A DNA stretch of 63,865 bases, the filler included. It is 12 parts of 12 records of this genome, joined end to end, with 100 filler letters (N's around TTAATTAATTAA, not from the genome) between each part and the next. Parts side by side here need not be neighbours in the genome. Positions count along the whole stretch, not along the records: positions 6,728 to 11,230 come from SRR7504441_2270; positions 11,331 to 14,796 come from SRR7504441_2282; positions 14,897 to 19,797 come from SRR7504441_2297; positions 19,898 to 26,925 come from SRR7504441_2298; 8 more parts are not named here. One strand, given 5' to 3'. Shown here piece after piece: positions 10,890 through 22,618 of the stretch. The stretch's first letter is position 1, and every line of letters starts with the position of its first letter. A model generated the notes under the pieces. That model saw only the letters and a list, made by a program, of their open reading frames with translations, was not told the DNA's origin and searched no databases. Made by a program: the position numbers and the translations under genes.

Positions 10890-11330
10890 ACAACGTGCTG
10901 CGACACCATCTCGCACAATTGCAGGAAGCCATTCAATGGAATGAAGTAGGATCTATAGTACAAGTTTAGGATGTCTAGGTAGGATCATACATGTACTTAC
11001 ATGTACTCATATGAGCACTGTTGCTTTTGGGATTGGAGAATACTGTGCCTAGCGGTCTTTACGTACATGATTGTACAGTACGGTACAATGACATAAGTCA
11101 TTGTCATGACTTATATAATGTACTTGACACCACTTGAATGCTCTTTTCCAGCTACCGATTCTGCCACAGCCAAGGAGCCTGATCGATAACGGAATTTCAT
11201 GTAGTGTATCAAGGGGCGCACATTGTGCAANNNNNNNNNNNNNNNNNNNNNNNNNNNNNNNNNNNNNNNNNNNNTTAATTAATTAANNNNNNNNNNNNNN
11301 NNNNNNNNNNNNNNNNNNNNNNNNNNNNNN

Positions 11331-14300
11331 CACCTTCTGCGATTGTGCCGGCTTTGGTACAGTACTGTTCAGTTTGATCGCCGAGCCGCTCTGATGCTTT
11401 GATTGCGCTGGTGCGAGTTGAGCAGCATTCATGCGAGCAGCTTGGGGCACTTGCTTACTAGGATTCAGCTTGGCTGAGAAAGGCAAAAATGCAGCAGGAT
11501 CGGACATCGGCTGTTGACGGACTTGGACCGGTGCTGAGCAGTCTCGCCCAGTTGGTGGCGCATCCTGACACAACCAAACACGCTGAGTGCGATAAACTGC
11601 CTAGAGGGCGGACCTGTGATGACAACTCAGTCAGTGCATTGGCTGCGCTCAACTCCGTCGTATCGGGCTTCATAGCCTTCACTGCATCGCGGCGACGCTG
11701 CGACGCCTTGGCATCACGTTCATCGTCTGCGTCCTCCCCGTCGTGCTCATTGTCCTCAGGCCATTCCATCGGTTTACGAGTTTGGGTGACGGAATGCCGT
11801 GAGCTGCGAGAGGGTGAGCCAAGGATTGAAGGCGATCGCTGCTTCCTCTTGGACCTGCGCCGGCCGGTCACTGTTTGCCGCTGGCCTGGCACACCTCGTT
11901 GACCCTCCTGAGGGACTCTTGCTAGCGTTCAAAAAGTCTGAACCAACTGAGGGGCTTTTGTTCAAAAAGTCGAACGAAGTACTCTTTAGTGGCGACATCT
12001 GTAAACGTGCCGATGGCTGTTGCGACGCTGAGTTTGCTGGCAGGAATGGCCCTGGGCCTTGGAGTTGGCATTCGCTACCCTCTCTGGGCGGTGCACCAAA
12101 AGCTCCGCTGCTATCGTCGTCGCTGTTTCCATCTGCTTGTTCCACAACTTTCTGGGGTGTAGCCATCCGTGGTACGGGCTGCTGCTTGGCTGGCGACATC
12201 CTAGGCCTGCAGCCCACCCCAGGCTTGGTGAACTCCGGCTCGTCAAGGGCAGCTTACCGCTTGTTTGGAGACGGAAGCAAGTTGCAGAATTGCGTGAGGC
12301 CACCTAGCGACTCGCCCGCGAGCCCGCCCAAAGACACGCCCGCAAGCCCGCCCAAAGACATACCCATCAGCGAATCGTCAGCACCCAGCATCAGCGGGGC
12401 TTGTGAAAATTGTGTGAGTCCAGTCCGACGGCGCCCAGCAGCCGGTTCGCGCTGTTCGGGCTGCTCGGGCTGCTGGATGATCCTACATCACATGGGCTTA
12501 GCCACGTATCAGCGCAATGGATCACTCCGGCTCTTCAGTTGGTTGGCTCAGCTGCCGAGCCGGGCTACTTGGCGAGAATGAGAACATGCCAATCGGGTCG
12601 TTGAACGGGTCGTGCTCTTGCTGCTGCACTGGACTAGAAGGCGGCTCGCCAGCGGCTGGGGCTGGCAGAGCACGCAGCCTGGGCAGTGGTATCCTAGCTC
12701 GTGGCCCTTGCTCGGGTCGGCGGAGTGGCTTGGCTGGCACACAATTGCTCAGCCCGGGCATCTCGACCAGCAGCTGCTTCCAGGTCTGGCTCAGCTTGGC
12801 AGTCGGCCGGTACGGGAGCACTTCCTGGGCTATGGCGCCCCAATTGGTCCCGTACTTCTTGACTCCCTCAATTAGCATCTCCTGTCCCCAGGCTGGATCC
12901 AGCTCCAACCGACCAGTGCCACCTTCTCCTGAGGCTCTAGCGGTTTCTGGGTCGACTTGCGTTTGAAATCCTTGATGGGGTTATCCTCAGCTGCAGCAGA
13001 ACTTCGCTCCTTGAACCGATCCTTGATCATTTCGGTGCTCTTGCTTGGGAGTAGCACATCTTGGATCTCATCGCAATTCTTCTCTCCGATCGTGTGCAGC
13101 CCTGCCAGCCAGGCTCAAGCAGCCCCCAGCAAATGTGTGCACCGAGCAGCAAGAGCTGGTCCTCCGCTGACTGCCAGGTGTGGCTCGAATAGCTCGAGTA
13201 GGCACTCGGTTGCAAGTTGACTGTGAGCAAACTGTTGCCATAGGGCACGACCAGCTCTGCACCACCGGCTGCGGCCTCGGGATGGCACAGCCGCACCCAG
13301 CACTTGCCGGGTTGCCTCCCAGTCGCCGCGCTTGGCACTGAGCGACTCGTCCACCAGTGGCTCGTCCAGCAGCTGAAGCGCCGGGATGTCGAATACAGTG
13401 TCCATTGAGCCTGCCCCTGCCAGCTGCTCAGCCCAGGCCCGGCCTGCAGATTGCCTGCAGACTGGCAGTGCGACCGCAGCCACCGCTCGCTGGTATGCTG
13501 CCTGCGCTCGGCCGTCAGTCGGCGAGTGGGCAGTGCAGCGCCTGTTGCTCGGGACTTGCTCAGACTTGAACGAAGCGGCCGCAGCCTGCCACTGCTGCAG
13601 CTCCCTGATCATCTTCCCGGTGCCCGCGGCCACTTGGGCTGCATCATCCGAGTCTGCGGGGGCTATCCGGGCCATCAGCGACACCTGCGGCAGAGGCTAG
13701 GCTGACGAGCTGGGTTTAGTCACTTGAATGAGCAGCTGCAGGTGTTCTATCATCTGAGCTCGGAGCATCACCACCTGCTCCTTGGCCATCGGGAACGGCG
13801 CCGACTGTCCCCGCCTCAGTCTCACAACGCGCTATCCCAGTTACCGCTTGCCCCTGGGCCGGGAGCAGAGGTCGGAGCGTGACTGCTGGCACCTCCCGCT
13901 GCCGGGCCGCAGCCGGCTGGTTGGCCTTCTTCAGACTGTCCAGCTCTTTCTGGGAGATTCGGACTGACACGTCTTCGCGCAGGTCCTCCTCCTCGTAGAG
14001 CTCGTCCGGGTCGAACTCGTAGAGCTCGTCCTCCTCGTCCTCGTCCTCCGGCTCATTAGGATCTCCGTTCCTCAGCCCCTCAAGGAACTTCTGGTAGGTC
14101 TCCCTGCCAGCGGCTCAGCCTTGTCGGGGCCTGGCTGCGCGCCTCTCTTCCTCCTGGTCCGAGCCGTCGCTGCCCTCGCCGCAGAGGAACTGCTCGATCT
14201 CGTCCATCGAGGTGTGGTCCAGCGGCACCTGCCTCAGCTCCCGGGCGGCGCATCGACGGACACCTGGGCGCGCGTGTGCCGAGCCAGCGGCTGCTTATCC

Positions 14301-14704
14301 CCGAGGATCATGGCCACCGATCCGAGCTCCTCCGCCACCACCGGGTGCTCCAGCAGCTCCTGCAGCTGCCCAGCCGTCAGCCCGGCCCGCAGCTGTGCCC
14401 AGCCTGGATGTTGGCCACAGTCTCCTCCTCGGGCTCAATCGGTGGTTCGCTGTCACCCGCATTCAGCCAGCCCCCAGCCCCGGCGGCACCCTTCCAAATC
14501 CTCATCCTCGTCCTCATCCTCGTCGTCCTCCTCGGCGGGACTGTAGTCGGCGTCCTCCTCGTCACACGAGGTGTTGGCGTAGTGGCTGAGCAGCTGCCAG
14601 CCTTCGGAGCTGGGCTTGGCCGGCTGACTGGCGCTGCTGCCCTCGCTGCTGCTCCCGCCACTACCGGGGGATTGGGCCTCCGGAGAGCCGGGGATGCTGG
14701 CCAT
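11331..14704 (-). CDS. GON-4-like / YY1AP1 / DUO3-type nuclear protein with Myb/SANT-like repeats (3' truncated)
   Basis: Acidic N-terminus, ARHTRA..VPL, YQKFL, EDVSVRISQKELDSL, WQSAEDQLLLLG, IKDRFKERSSAAAEDNPIK and LIEGVKKYGTNWGAIA motifs. Confidence 0.7.
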
Positions 14705-14896
14705 GAAGTCCCTGCTTGAACTTCGCCACGCTGCCAGATGAAACTTTCAATGTGAGCCAGTCATCACTCACGCCAGTGTACTGTCAAGGTAAGTACNNNN
14801 NNNNNNNNNNNNNNNNNNNNNNNNNNNNNNNNNNNNNNNNTTAATTAATTAANNNNNNNNNNNNNNNNNNNNNNNNNNNNNNNNNNNNNNNNNNNN

Positions 14897-14986
14897 CCAT
14901 TGCGGGCGCCTGCGAGGGCCAGCCTGCGCCCCCCGGGGCTCGCTCGAGCTGCGGCTGCTACTACCTGGGCCGAAGAACGTCGACAT
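14897..14986 (-). CDS. 5' fragment of hypothetical gene (MSTFFGPG...)
   Basis: ATG head-to-head with the permease, followed by a 41-nt GT-AG intron candidate. Confidence 0.35.
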
Positions 14987-15131
14987 TGTCAATGCAGCCG
15001 ACCGGACCACTGAACATAACGGAACTTCATAACTGAAAACGGTGGCTTTGCCTCGGCGTGAAGACGTCCACCCAAGCGCGACGCCCACCCATCCACCGCG
15101 CCGCATCGGAGCACGTGCGTCTTACGGAGCC

Positions 15132-16972
15132 ATGAGCGGCCCGACTGGCGGCGTCGAAGAGTTGGGTTTAGTCCGGCCGGACGGCGAGGGCGGCAGCGGG
15201 GGGACGGTGGCGTCGGGGGAGGAATTATACAACGGCAGCCCCGAGGCGGCACCCCCTCAGCTCGAGGCCCGGATGTCGCTGCTCGACGGGATCTGCATCA
15301 TCGGTGCCCGTCCGTCCGGCCGGGCCCGAGCCGCGGGGCCAGTGGGGATGATCATTGGTTCGGGCATCTTCTCGTCGCCGGGGGTGGCCATGTCGGACGC
15401 CGGGACTGCGCAGGCTACGCTGTTGGTCTGGGGCCTGGCCGGACTGCTCTGCCTGTTCGGCAGCCTGTGCTACGCCGAGCTAGGGGTGGCCTACCCGCAC
15501 GCCGGGGGCGAGTACCACTACTTTGACCTGGCGTTCGGGCCGGTGCGCCCCGGTCGGGCCGCTGGGTGAGTTTGGACAGGTGGGTGGGTTCTTCTTCACC
15601 TGGGCCAACCTATGGGTCTACAGGACCGGGAGCATCGCCGTGATCGCGCTCATCTTCGCGCGGTACACGGGTGCGGCACTGCTCGGGGTGGAAGTGACAG
15701 ACCCCGAGCTCGACCAGGACTGGGGAGTCAAGCTGCTCGCGTGGGGCTGCATCGGGTCACTCTCGGTGCTGAACGGACTAGGGGTCAACTGGGGCACGCT
15801 GGTCCAGAACGTGTTCACCGCGATCAAGCTCGGGCTGCTCGCCGCGATGTTTATGCTCGGGCTGGCCGTGCTGTGCGGGCCTGACGGCGGGGATACGCTC
15901 GCGAGTAATTTTGATAACGACGACGGCGCCAAGACCGGCAGCTGGGCCGGATTCGGGACGGCTATGGTGGCGGCGCTCTGGGCGTTCGACGGCTGGAACT
16001 CGGTGAATTATGTGACTGAGGAGCTCAAGAACCCGGAGGTCAACACGTTGCGGTCGATCATGATTGGGCTGTCGGTGGTGATATTTTAGACGTTTGCTGT
16101 GTGGCTGAGTGATGCTTATCAGGTGACCACTGCCTACCTGTTGGCCAACCTGTGCTACCTCACTGTGCTCGACGCGTCCACGATAAAGAGCAGCAAGGCG
16201 ATTGCTATCGACTACGCCGACGTTGCGATAGGCGGACTGGCTGCGAGGACCACCGCGGCCCTGCTGGTCGGTGCTTCGGCGTTTGGTGCGGCCAACGGGT
16301 CGATCCTAACAGGGAGCAGGACAATCATGGCCGCTGTGAGTGGCCTGCGGCTGCTGCGACTCAGCTCGGGGCAGGCGCGCGATGGGCAGCTCCCACGGCA
16401 GCTGGCGTGGATCCACCCGACCCGATCGACTCCTGTGCCGGCCCTGGTGCTACAGGCGGCCTGGTCGTGCCTGTTGCTGATCCCTAGCAACTTCGAGCAG
16501 CTCCTGAACTACTTTGGCATAGTCTCCTGGCTCTTCTACGGGCTGTCGGGCGGTGTCCAGGCCGGTGGCCGGCCTGACCGGGAGGCAGTGGCGTTGATCG
16601 TGATGCGGCGCAAGGATCCGGAGCACCACCGGCCGTACAAGGTGCCACTTGAGCGGGCCAAGCCCTCAGACTGGCCAGGTGCTCTTCTACCCAGTGACTC
16701 CGGTTCTGCTGGTGCTCTGCTCGCTGTTTCTGATTCTCAGCTGTGTGGTGGACGCGCCGGTGGCCTCCTGCCTGGCCCTGCTCTTCCTCGGGCTATCGGT
16801 CCCAATCTACCTCATCAAGAGCCGCCTGTGCGGCGGTCCCAACCGCGCCCAGCACGCCCAGGTGGAACTGCCGGCGGTGAATATTGACGACAGCGAGGAA
16901 CTGGACTGCAACCTTGAGAAGAGCGATCCGGGCGAAGCTGAGCTTGTCGAGAAGCGCTCCGAGCTTGACTGA
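15132..16972 (+). CDS. APC-superfamily L-type amino acid transporter (SLC7/LAT-like)
   Basis: GMIIGSGIFSSP, LCYAELG..YPHAGGEY, LWAFDGWN, RPYKV motifs; six 36-45 nt GT-AG introns. Confidence 0.93.
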
Positions 16973-17142
16973 GTTGTATGTACAAATTCTCATTGAGGCT
17001 ATTTCTACTTTAGACATAACTTTAGACAGATGAAATCGTTTGTTGGTAGCTAAAGTCTTATAAAATAAATAAACTAGACTAGACGATGGAATACGTGGAA
17101 TACTCTAACTAGACTATGGAACACTCTACTCGCGCCTATCGA

Positions 17143-19629
17143 TCAAGCAGCTGCCATCTTCACTGCTTGCTCGATGAGTTTCTTGTTGGTGTCCATTCCC
17201 CACTGCACAAATGCTGCCAGTAGCTTCGTTTGTGGCTGAGTCAATGTCAGCTGTGACATTGTATTGTAGTTTGGGAACAGCTGCAGGAACGGATGGGATT
17301 ACAAATGGCATTCTAGGGTCTACTCACCGGATATGCCCCGCATTTGGAGAACAAATTCTCAATGAGGCATTCGGGTCCTGGTACAAGTTTTGCAGCACAT
17401 TTCTTGCAGGTTGGACTACGCCCCTTGTTGATCTCGTCCTGCACACAAGCTTATCAAGAGAGTCCAGCGAAAGCTGATCTATCTTGAGGAGGGCACCTGT
17501 GTTTCCTTGGGAAGAGCTTTCTCAAAATTGACAGCGGGTGACAGGTAAAAGAGGGTGACCTGTACCTGCGCCTGCTTGAGCCGACTACCCTGCAGCACGG
17601 GGAACCACTGTTCCTGCCTTGACTCCAAACATCTTGTTCTCGATAGTGGTGAGTTTCGCTGAATAGGCTGGGTAGTTACCTACCAGGACGCCTCAATGGT
17701 CGGGTCATCCATGACCTAGTGACTCACCGCCGGCAGCCGCATCTTGAAGCCCAGTGATGAAGTCTGGCCAGGCAGTCTTCTCAAATACTTGTATGTGAGC
17801 ATAGCTGCACGTTTCCAATCAGGTGATGCATTTTCTATGCCTCACTCCTCTAGCATGCCGACCGATTTCCAGATTCCAAACAGCGCTGCAAAGGCATCGT
17901 CGACGAACGTGTCTTTGTAGTTGTAATCGTTATCTGGAGTCGCATCCGCAGCTTTGGGGTTGTATTCATCCTAAAGCTCCCCGGCTGAGCACTCAAAAGG
18001 GAGGGCTTGCCTTGGAAGCAAGTGGAACCGAGGTAGCAAGATTCACGATTGCGCTCTTCACCCCGCGAGCAAGCATGGGCATGAGCCCGGAATTCTGCAC
18101 ACAAGATGCGTCAGCTTCAGCACACCCTGCCTTATCTTGCCTCAACGTTGCCGCCATCCATAAACAGGAATTCCTCGCTCTTGGGCTCTGCAGCGACAGG
18201 GCTACTGTAGGTCATGCTCGGATTCAGCTTTTTCAGCGCCACCGCAGGGTTCCTGGTGAGACCACGTACAGCTTTGAGCGCCTTGCCGAGTAGAGGCACT
18301 TGGGCCGCCACGGTTCCTGTTCAGCACACTCAGAAAGTAGCGCGTGTGACGCAGGCCTGTCAACTGGCCAATGAAGCAACTCGATACGCCGACTGCCCAT
18401 GCCAGAGTGAAAGGCGCCGGGTTGACGTGCTCGTCAGCCTCCAACTCCCCTGCTTAGAATCAATCAGCAGAAGGGGTCCACATGTGGTCTGTCTCGCCTG
18501 TCGCCTCATGAAGGGTCGTTTGGAGTGCATCCCCGACAGCGAAGTTCTCGACGTAACCACCGAGCGTGGATGTACTCTGATCCTTGACTCCCTTGAAGGT
18601 CACATCGTTCTTCGCAGGCTGAAGCCACAAGGGTTACGACAAAGCCAGCCCAGGCCACTCACGATCCCGGTTCCTACACCACCCATTTCATACATGCGGG
18701 ACAGCTCATCTTTGTGGGGGAAGGGTGCTATGGCATATGGTCCCATGATGGTGCCTCCCATGATCAGATAAGGCCGGCTGCAGCCCAAACCGTTAGTAAA
18801 CTAGCCCAGAAGCAGAGGCGGTACTTGGGAAGCGCAGTGAGGAATTTCTTATCCTTCATGGCTGGGTTGACCTCGACGATGTGCTTCTTATCCTCCTCAG
18901 TCCAGGTGAAAAGCCTGCCTCATAGAGGTCACGAGCGCCAGCCGATGGTGACTGACTGGTCGTTGGTGATTTTGAAGGGCTTTAGGTAATGTTTGGCGAT
19001 GACATCGATCCAAGAATGGCTCAATTTCTTCAGGGGGTTGACCGCATCAGCGAGCACTTGCTCGACAATCTTCTCGACTGAAAGCTCCGTTGGTGGCACC
19101 GACATCTGGTAATTATCCTCGTCCTTCAGGTTTTTGACCGTCAGCTGCTCAGGAGAGACCTGCCCGCCCTGATCAGCCTCAACTGAGCGCCCTGTCGCAC
19201 CGATTTCCCCATCAGAGCTTCGTCGGAGGTGCCGGACGGGTTGTAAGTATAGACTGACCCGAACCACGAGCCGCCCGATATGGTAGACAAGAAACCGGCC
19301 TGCTTCATCACGCCTTGCGCGCCCAGCCCGCGGACCATACCGACCGCGGCGCTGTAGGCGCGGGACCCGCCGCCACTCATGCATACCGCCAGCGAGGCAC
19401 GCGACTTGGTGATCTCGGCCTCGGGGAAGACCGAGTCGCCCGACCAGGCACGGGTCTTGAGGGGGACCGTCTTGTCGGCTTGTATGAGTTCTGGCACTAC
19501 AAGATCCATCGCTGAGGCCTCGACGAACTCGTTGTCCGGGAGCGAGAGGTAGTCGGCGCTGGTCGGAATCCCGGCGGTCAAGCCGGCGGCTACCGCGAGC
19601 GCGATCAGGGTGAGCTTGGTCGAGAGCAT
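17143..19629 (-). CDS. Secreted cPLA2/lysophospholipase (PLB)-like lipase
   Basis: Signal peptide; SGGGSRA oxyanion motif, ISGGSW nucleophile, FMDGGNVE|NSGL catalytic Asp; last exon FPNYNT...KMAAA*. Confidence 0.82.
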
Positions 19630-19950
19630 GTTGGTCGATTGTGGTGAGCCGAATCACTCCACTCCGATAGAGATGTTACGTCGTTGCGTCGAATAGTGAG
19701 AATCGAATAGTGATACTAGGACTAGATATTCTTAGAAGCAGAGATTAAAAAAGTCAGTTGTGGAGACGAGGTTTCCTCGCTCGCATCAAAGAACAAANNN
19801 NNNNNNNNNNNNNNNNNNNNNNNNNNNNNNNNNNNNNNNNNTTAATTAATTAANNNNNNNNNNNNNNNNNNNNNNNNNNNNNNNNNNNNNNNNNNNNGGC
19901 TTCGGGGAACTTTCCGTAGCACTCGGCAGCGGGCGTTCATCAGCATCCGG

Positions 19951-19984
19951 GGCCTCTGTAGGTGCACCTGCGGACGGATCATTA
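19951..19984 (+). pseudogene. Degenerate fragment of the 18S rRNA 3' terminus (helix 45 + GATCATTA)
   Basis: GGCCTCTGTAGGTGCACCTGCGGACGGATCATTA matches GGTTTCCGTAGGTGAACCTGCGGAAGGATCATTA at 29/34; no flanking 18S or 5.8S recognised. Confidence 0.6.
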
Positions 19985-20429
19985 TCGTGCGGGGTATTCT
20001 AGTCGGGTTAGAAAAGACGCACCGCAACCCATGGCCTGCAAACCGACGCGATTCCCAGTCTGGCAGTTAGAACGCTTCAGTTATTCAACGTTAACGTTAA
20101 CTACCAGAAGCTAGCTGTTTTTTTTTATATATACGAGTAGCTGGTAGGGTACAGCTGCAGTGCGCTAGATGACGTCGATATCGCGCGTATCACGTAGATA
20201 TCACGGATGGATGGGGCTCCGATGTGGGCAACCACACTATAGCACCACGACGACCACGAGTGGGTAACGAGTGGGCACCACACGATCGGTAATCTATTGG
20301 TAATCTATGCGCATTGAAATGGGCTTTGATACTTTGATCACAATAATAGCAACGCTACAATCATGTAGCCAATACGCGCACTGGCATGCAGTGTGAAATT
20401 GAATACATGTAGTCTAGAGTTGCTACCCG

Positions 20430-22393
20430 TCACTCCTCCATACCGAAGCCAGCAACCTCCAAGTTGATGCACAGGAGCAAGTTCCTCTGCAGGCTCTCAA
20501 AGTCGGAGTAAATGGGCAGATCCAGGCAATTGGTACACGTGTGCGCTCGCGGCAGCATCGGCACTCCTTGACTACCACCCTCAAACCCGTTGAGGGTAAA
20601 CAGACCCGGCACACCTACGGACGCAGCACTTAATCCGGGAGCTCGCAAGTCAGTTAAGGAGGACCTGGTTTCTTCTCGAGTTGCTCAAAGCCTCCGACCG
20701 GCAGCACAGGCGAGCTCGTCACAAACTGGAGCAGCTTTGAACGCTCAGTCTGACCCATCGCCTCCACGGCTCGCCAGAACCAGCCCACCACAGAATGCTG
20801 CTCGCCAGCACTAGCAAACCTACCCTGATACCTGTGTCCGCAAGCCTCAGCAACCCAGCAGCTATGAGCTGGGCACCTCGTGAATCTTCGCCAGTCGGAG
20901 ACATCGAACTCAGGAACGCCACCAATCAGCGCGCCGAGCTGCTGGTAATCAAACACACTCATGTACACCGCAGGAATCACCGACCAGAAGCCCGCCCGGA
21001 ATAATTCAAGCTGCGGCGCCACCTGAGCTCTAAGCAGCCAGTCCACTTTCATAGCCACGTAGTCGGCCTTGTTGGCATCGGTCACCGTTTGGGAGGGCTG
21101 GTGCCCGTGGTCTCTGATGTGCTGGTCGCTCGGGGCTCCGCCGCAGGTTGGGTCGTCAAACGTCAATCCGTCGAAGATGTCCTCTATCGACTCGGATTGT
21201 ATGAAGCAGAGTGACGCGTGCAGCTCCTCGTCATACTCAGGCATCTGGTCGAGCGTCACACAGTGTCCCATCAGCAGCGAGCACACGAATGGGGCCAGCT
21301 GGACACCCGCTATATAACCGTCAAACAACGCCTTGCCCAAGAACACCCCAGCAAACCGGTGCCAGCCAGCAGCTGCCGCCTGACCACTCAGCCGATAGAA
21401 TCCGGACGCCGACCGTTCGAACAGCCCTCGATCCTGCTCGAACAAGCCTTCAATAACCAGTGTGATCCACTCCCTAGATATCCCGCCCGCGTCTTGCATC
21501 AGCGAGGTCTCTCCGCGCACCTCCACCCGCCACAACTTCCGGTAATCGGCCCGGGACATCTCGAGCACTTGACTGTACGTGTCTGCCAGCAAAGAGCTCC
21601 GCCGGACCACAAAGTCGCTACGAAGCTGCTCGGCCGTCGGCCGTCGGCGCATCATCTGCTGCTCAAACCACACCCGCTTGGCTTCGAATTTGAGTGCCGC
21701 CACCGCCACCAGATCCCAGCCCTGGAACCTTACCACTGCATCGACGTCCTCCCCCCGCACGTACCAAATCACGCCCTGTCACGGTGCAAATCACGCCCTG
21801 TCACGGTGAAGGCGCACCTCCCGGTCACGCTTGGTCAGCCAGAACACCCCGGGAGGGAGCGTGGCGTACACCTGCGGTCTCTCAGCCTCGCGCTGCGGCC
21901 GGGACTGGACCGCTTGGTATAGCTGTTTGACATCCTCGGGCTCACCATCGATCTCATACCTGCCCCCGCCCTGAGCCGCTGCGCCGCTGGCCAGGGCACC
22001 CTTCGCATTCATGGAGCGTGTCCAGCCGTACAAACTGGGCGTCCCCGTCGAGCCCAGGCCGAGCGCGCACCCACCGATCGGTGGTGTGCAGCCCCTTCTC
22101 TGAACTCATCCCCAGCAGGTGCGGGCTGCCCCCGTGCGACCCACCCAAGCTGCTGTCCACGCTCCGCTGCCCACGGCTGCTCGGTGGGCTGCCTGTGGGC
22201 GGGTGGCACCATCAGGGCCTCGATGCGGATGTGCGCAGGCATCGGCTCCCAGCCCGGCTGCTCATCGTAAAACTGGTCGTCGGCGCGACTGGCCCTGACG
22301 GCGAGCGGGTCAGGGCGGGGCTGGGACAGCGCACCGATCGGATATCCGGCCGCCCTGGTGCTCCGCCTCCGGAGCGCTGCAACACACCCCCAT
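20430..22393 (-). CDS. HECT E3 ubiquitin ligase (NEDD4-like; N-acylation motif, degenerate WW)
   Basis: DAGGISREW, LLQFVT, LPRAHTCTNCLDLP; spliced LPPGVFWLTKRDRE|GVIWYV WW-like segment; MGVCCS start. Confidence 0.88.
21765..21808. repeat. Perfect 2 x 22-nt tandem duplication spanning an intron 3' splice site
   Basis: CAAATCACGCCCTGTCACGGTG at 21765-21786 and 21787-21808. Confidence 0.95.
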
Positions 22394-22618
22394 TCCTACT
22401 GGTAGCGAGATTGTGCTGCGCACCTGGATCTAAAGTAGCTACAGTATTATAGTACTATAGCTACAAGTGCATAGGAATATGTTTATTAGTCGATTTCAAA
22501 ATTGTACAGCCCATACACGTGGTGGTCTACAGCAGCAGACAATAAAATAGGAATACAATCCTAAACAACATTCGAAACTCGACACACTCCAAGCCCGCGG
22601 GTTTTCAGCTTGGGCAGC

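Noticed and set aside
21791-21793. HECT gene as a frameshifted pseudogene caused by the 22-nt duplication
   Set aside because: The duplication sits in a 42-nt GT-AG intron whose removal restores the frame
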